From contig NW_026948167.1 of the NCBI RefSeq assembly GCF_963921235.1, forward strand, positions 62,001-126,000: a DNA stretch of 64,000 nt, read 5' to 3'. Each line of letters starts with the position of its first letter. The stretch's first letter is position 1. A program made the translations under genes and the position numbers. Below are positions 63,357 through 64,000 of this stretch, in pieces. This DNA comes from Mobula hypostoma (Eukaryota). Under the pieces are notes generated by a model. That model had not been told where the DNA came from. It searched no databases and saw only the letters and a program-made list of their open reading frames with translations.

Positions 63357-63899
63357 GGGGGGGTGTTGAAATGTCACCAGCAATTATTCAAAATGAATGT
63401 CTCTTGTCTCTGAACGCCAGCCCATTAAATTCTCCTGACCCCCCGGACCCGCCTCTTGACGTCTCCTTACGCCAATTCGGCAAGGGCTCCTCCTTTCACA
63501 CTGCTGCTTAAATCTAACATGTAAAAAGCCACCGACAATCTCGCCTGAGCGCCGAAACGCTAAAGAATTTACCTTGTGGAGAATCGCGCACGGTCCCTCA
63601 CGTCAAGGTGCGCAAAACTCGACTTTAGAGGTAGGGATTTTTTGACACAGAGAGAGAGAGCGAGAGAGAAAGAGATTATCTAAAAAATATAAATTGGGTC
63701 TGTCGGGTGGGAGAATAGGCGCTTATTTTTAAAAGTTGGCTGTCTTCTATGATGGGGGAGTGGTGGAGAGAGAGTGCGCCTGTATATCCTCTCCCCCCCC
63801 CCCCCGTATCTGTTTATATCTCTCTACTGTACGCGAACTTATATAATGTGTGTGATTGTGCATCTGTGTGCATGTGTGCACGAGCATATGTTTGAGTGG

Positions 63900-63952
<53 letters not shown>

Positions 63953-64000
63953 TGTGTGTCTGTGTGTCTGTGTCTCTGTCTGTGTGCCCGTACGTGCGTG

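Overview
Vertebrate genomic DNA, very probably from a cartilaginous fish (shark or ray; inferred from the repeat families and the state of the HoxC genes). The window holds the posterior part of a HoxC cluster on the + strand. It contains an intact two-exon HoxC11 (21713-22394 + 23507-23739, 304 aa), a divergent two-exon HoxC10 (49917-50538 + 53602-53879, 299 aa from the downstream Met) and a mir-196 hairpin (~57778-57866) in the mir-196a-2 position. Unlike canonical gnathostome Hox clusters it is heavily invaded by repeats: CR1 and Rex1/Babar LINEs, a chromodomain Gypsy remnant, a Tc1 remnant, a Penelope element, Penelope-derived hammerhead-ribozyme repeats, and many micro- and minisatellites. 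Main observations: (i) the ancestral HoxC10 start codon (49877) is out of frame by 1 nt and now opens a 7-codon uORF, so the protein must start at the old Met14; (ii) a TSD-flanked, palindromic mini-element carrying a hammerhead ribozyme lies between HoxC11 and HoxC10, with a second copy antisense in the putative HoxC10 3' UTR; (iii) a near-perfect hairpin with ~55-bp arms sits in the HoxC10 intron. Most of the supplied ORF track is microsatellite noise. Orthologue comparisons are from memory and need checking by alignment.
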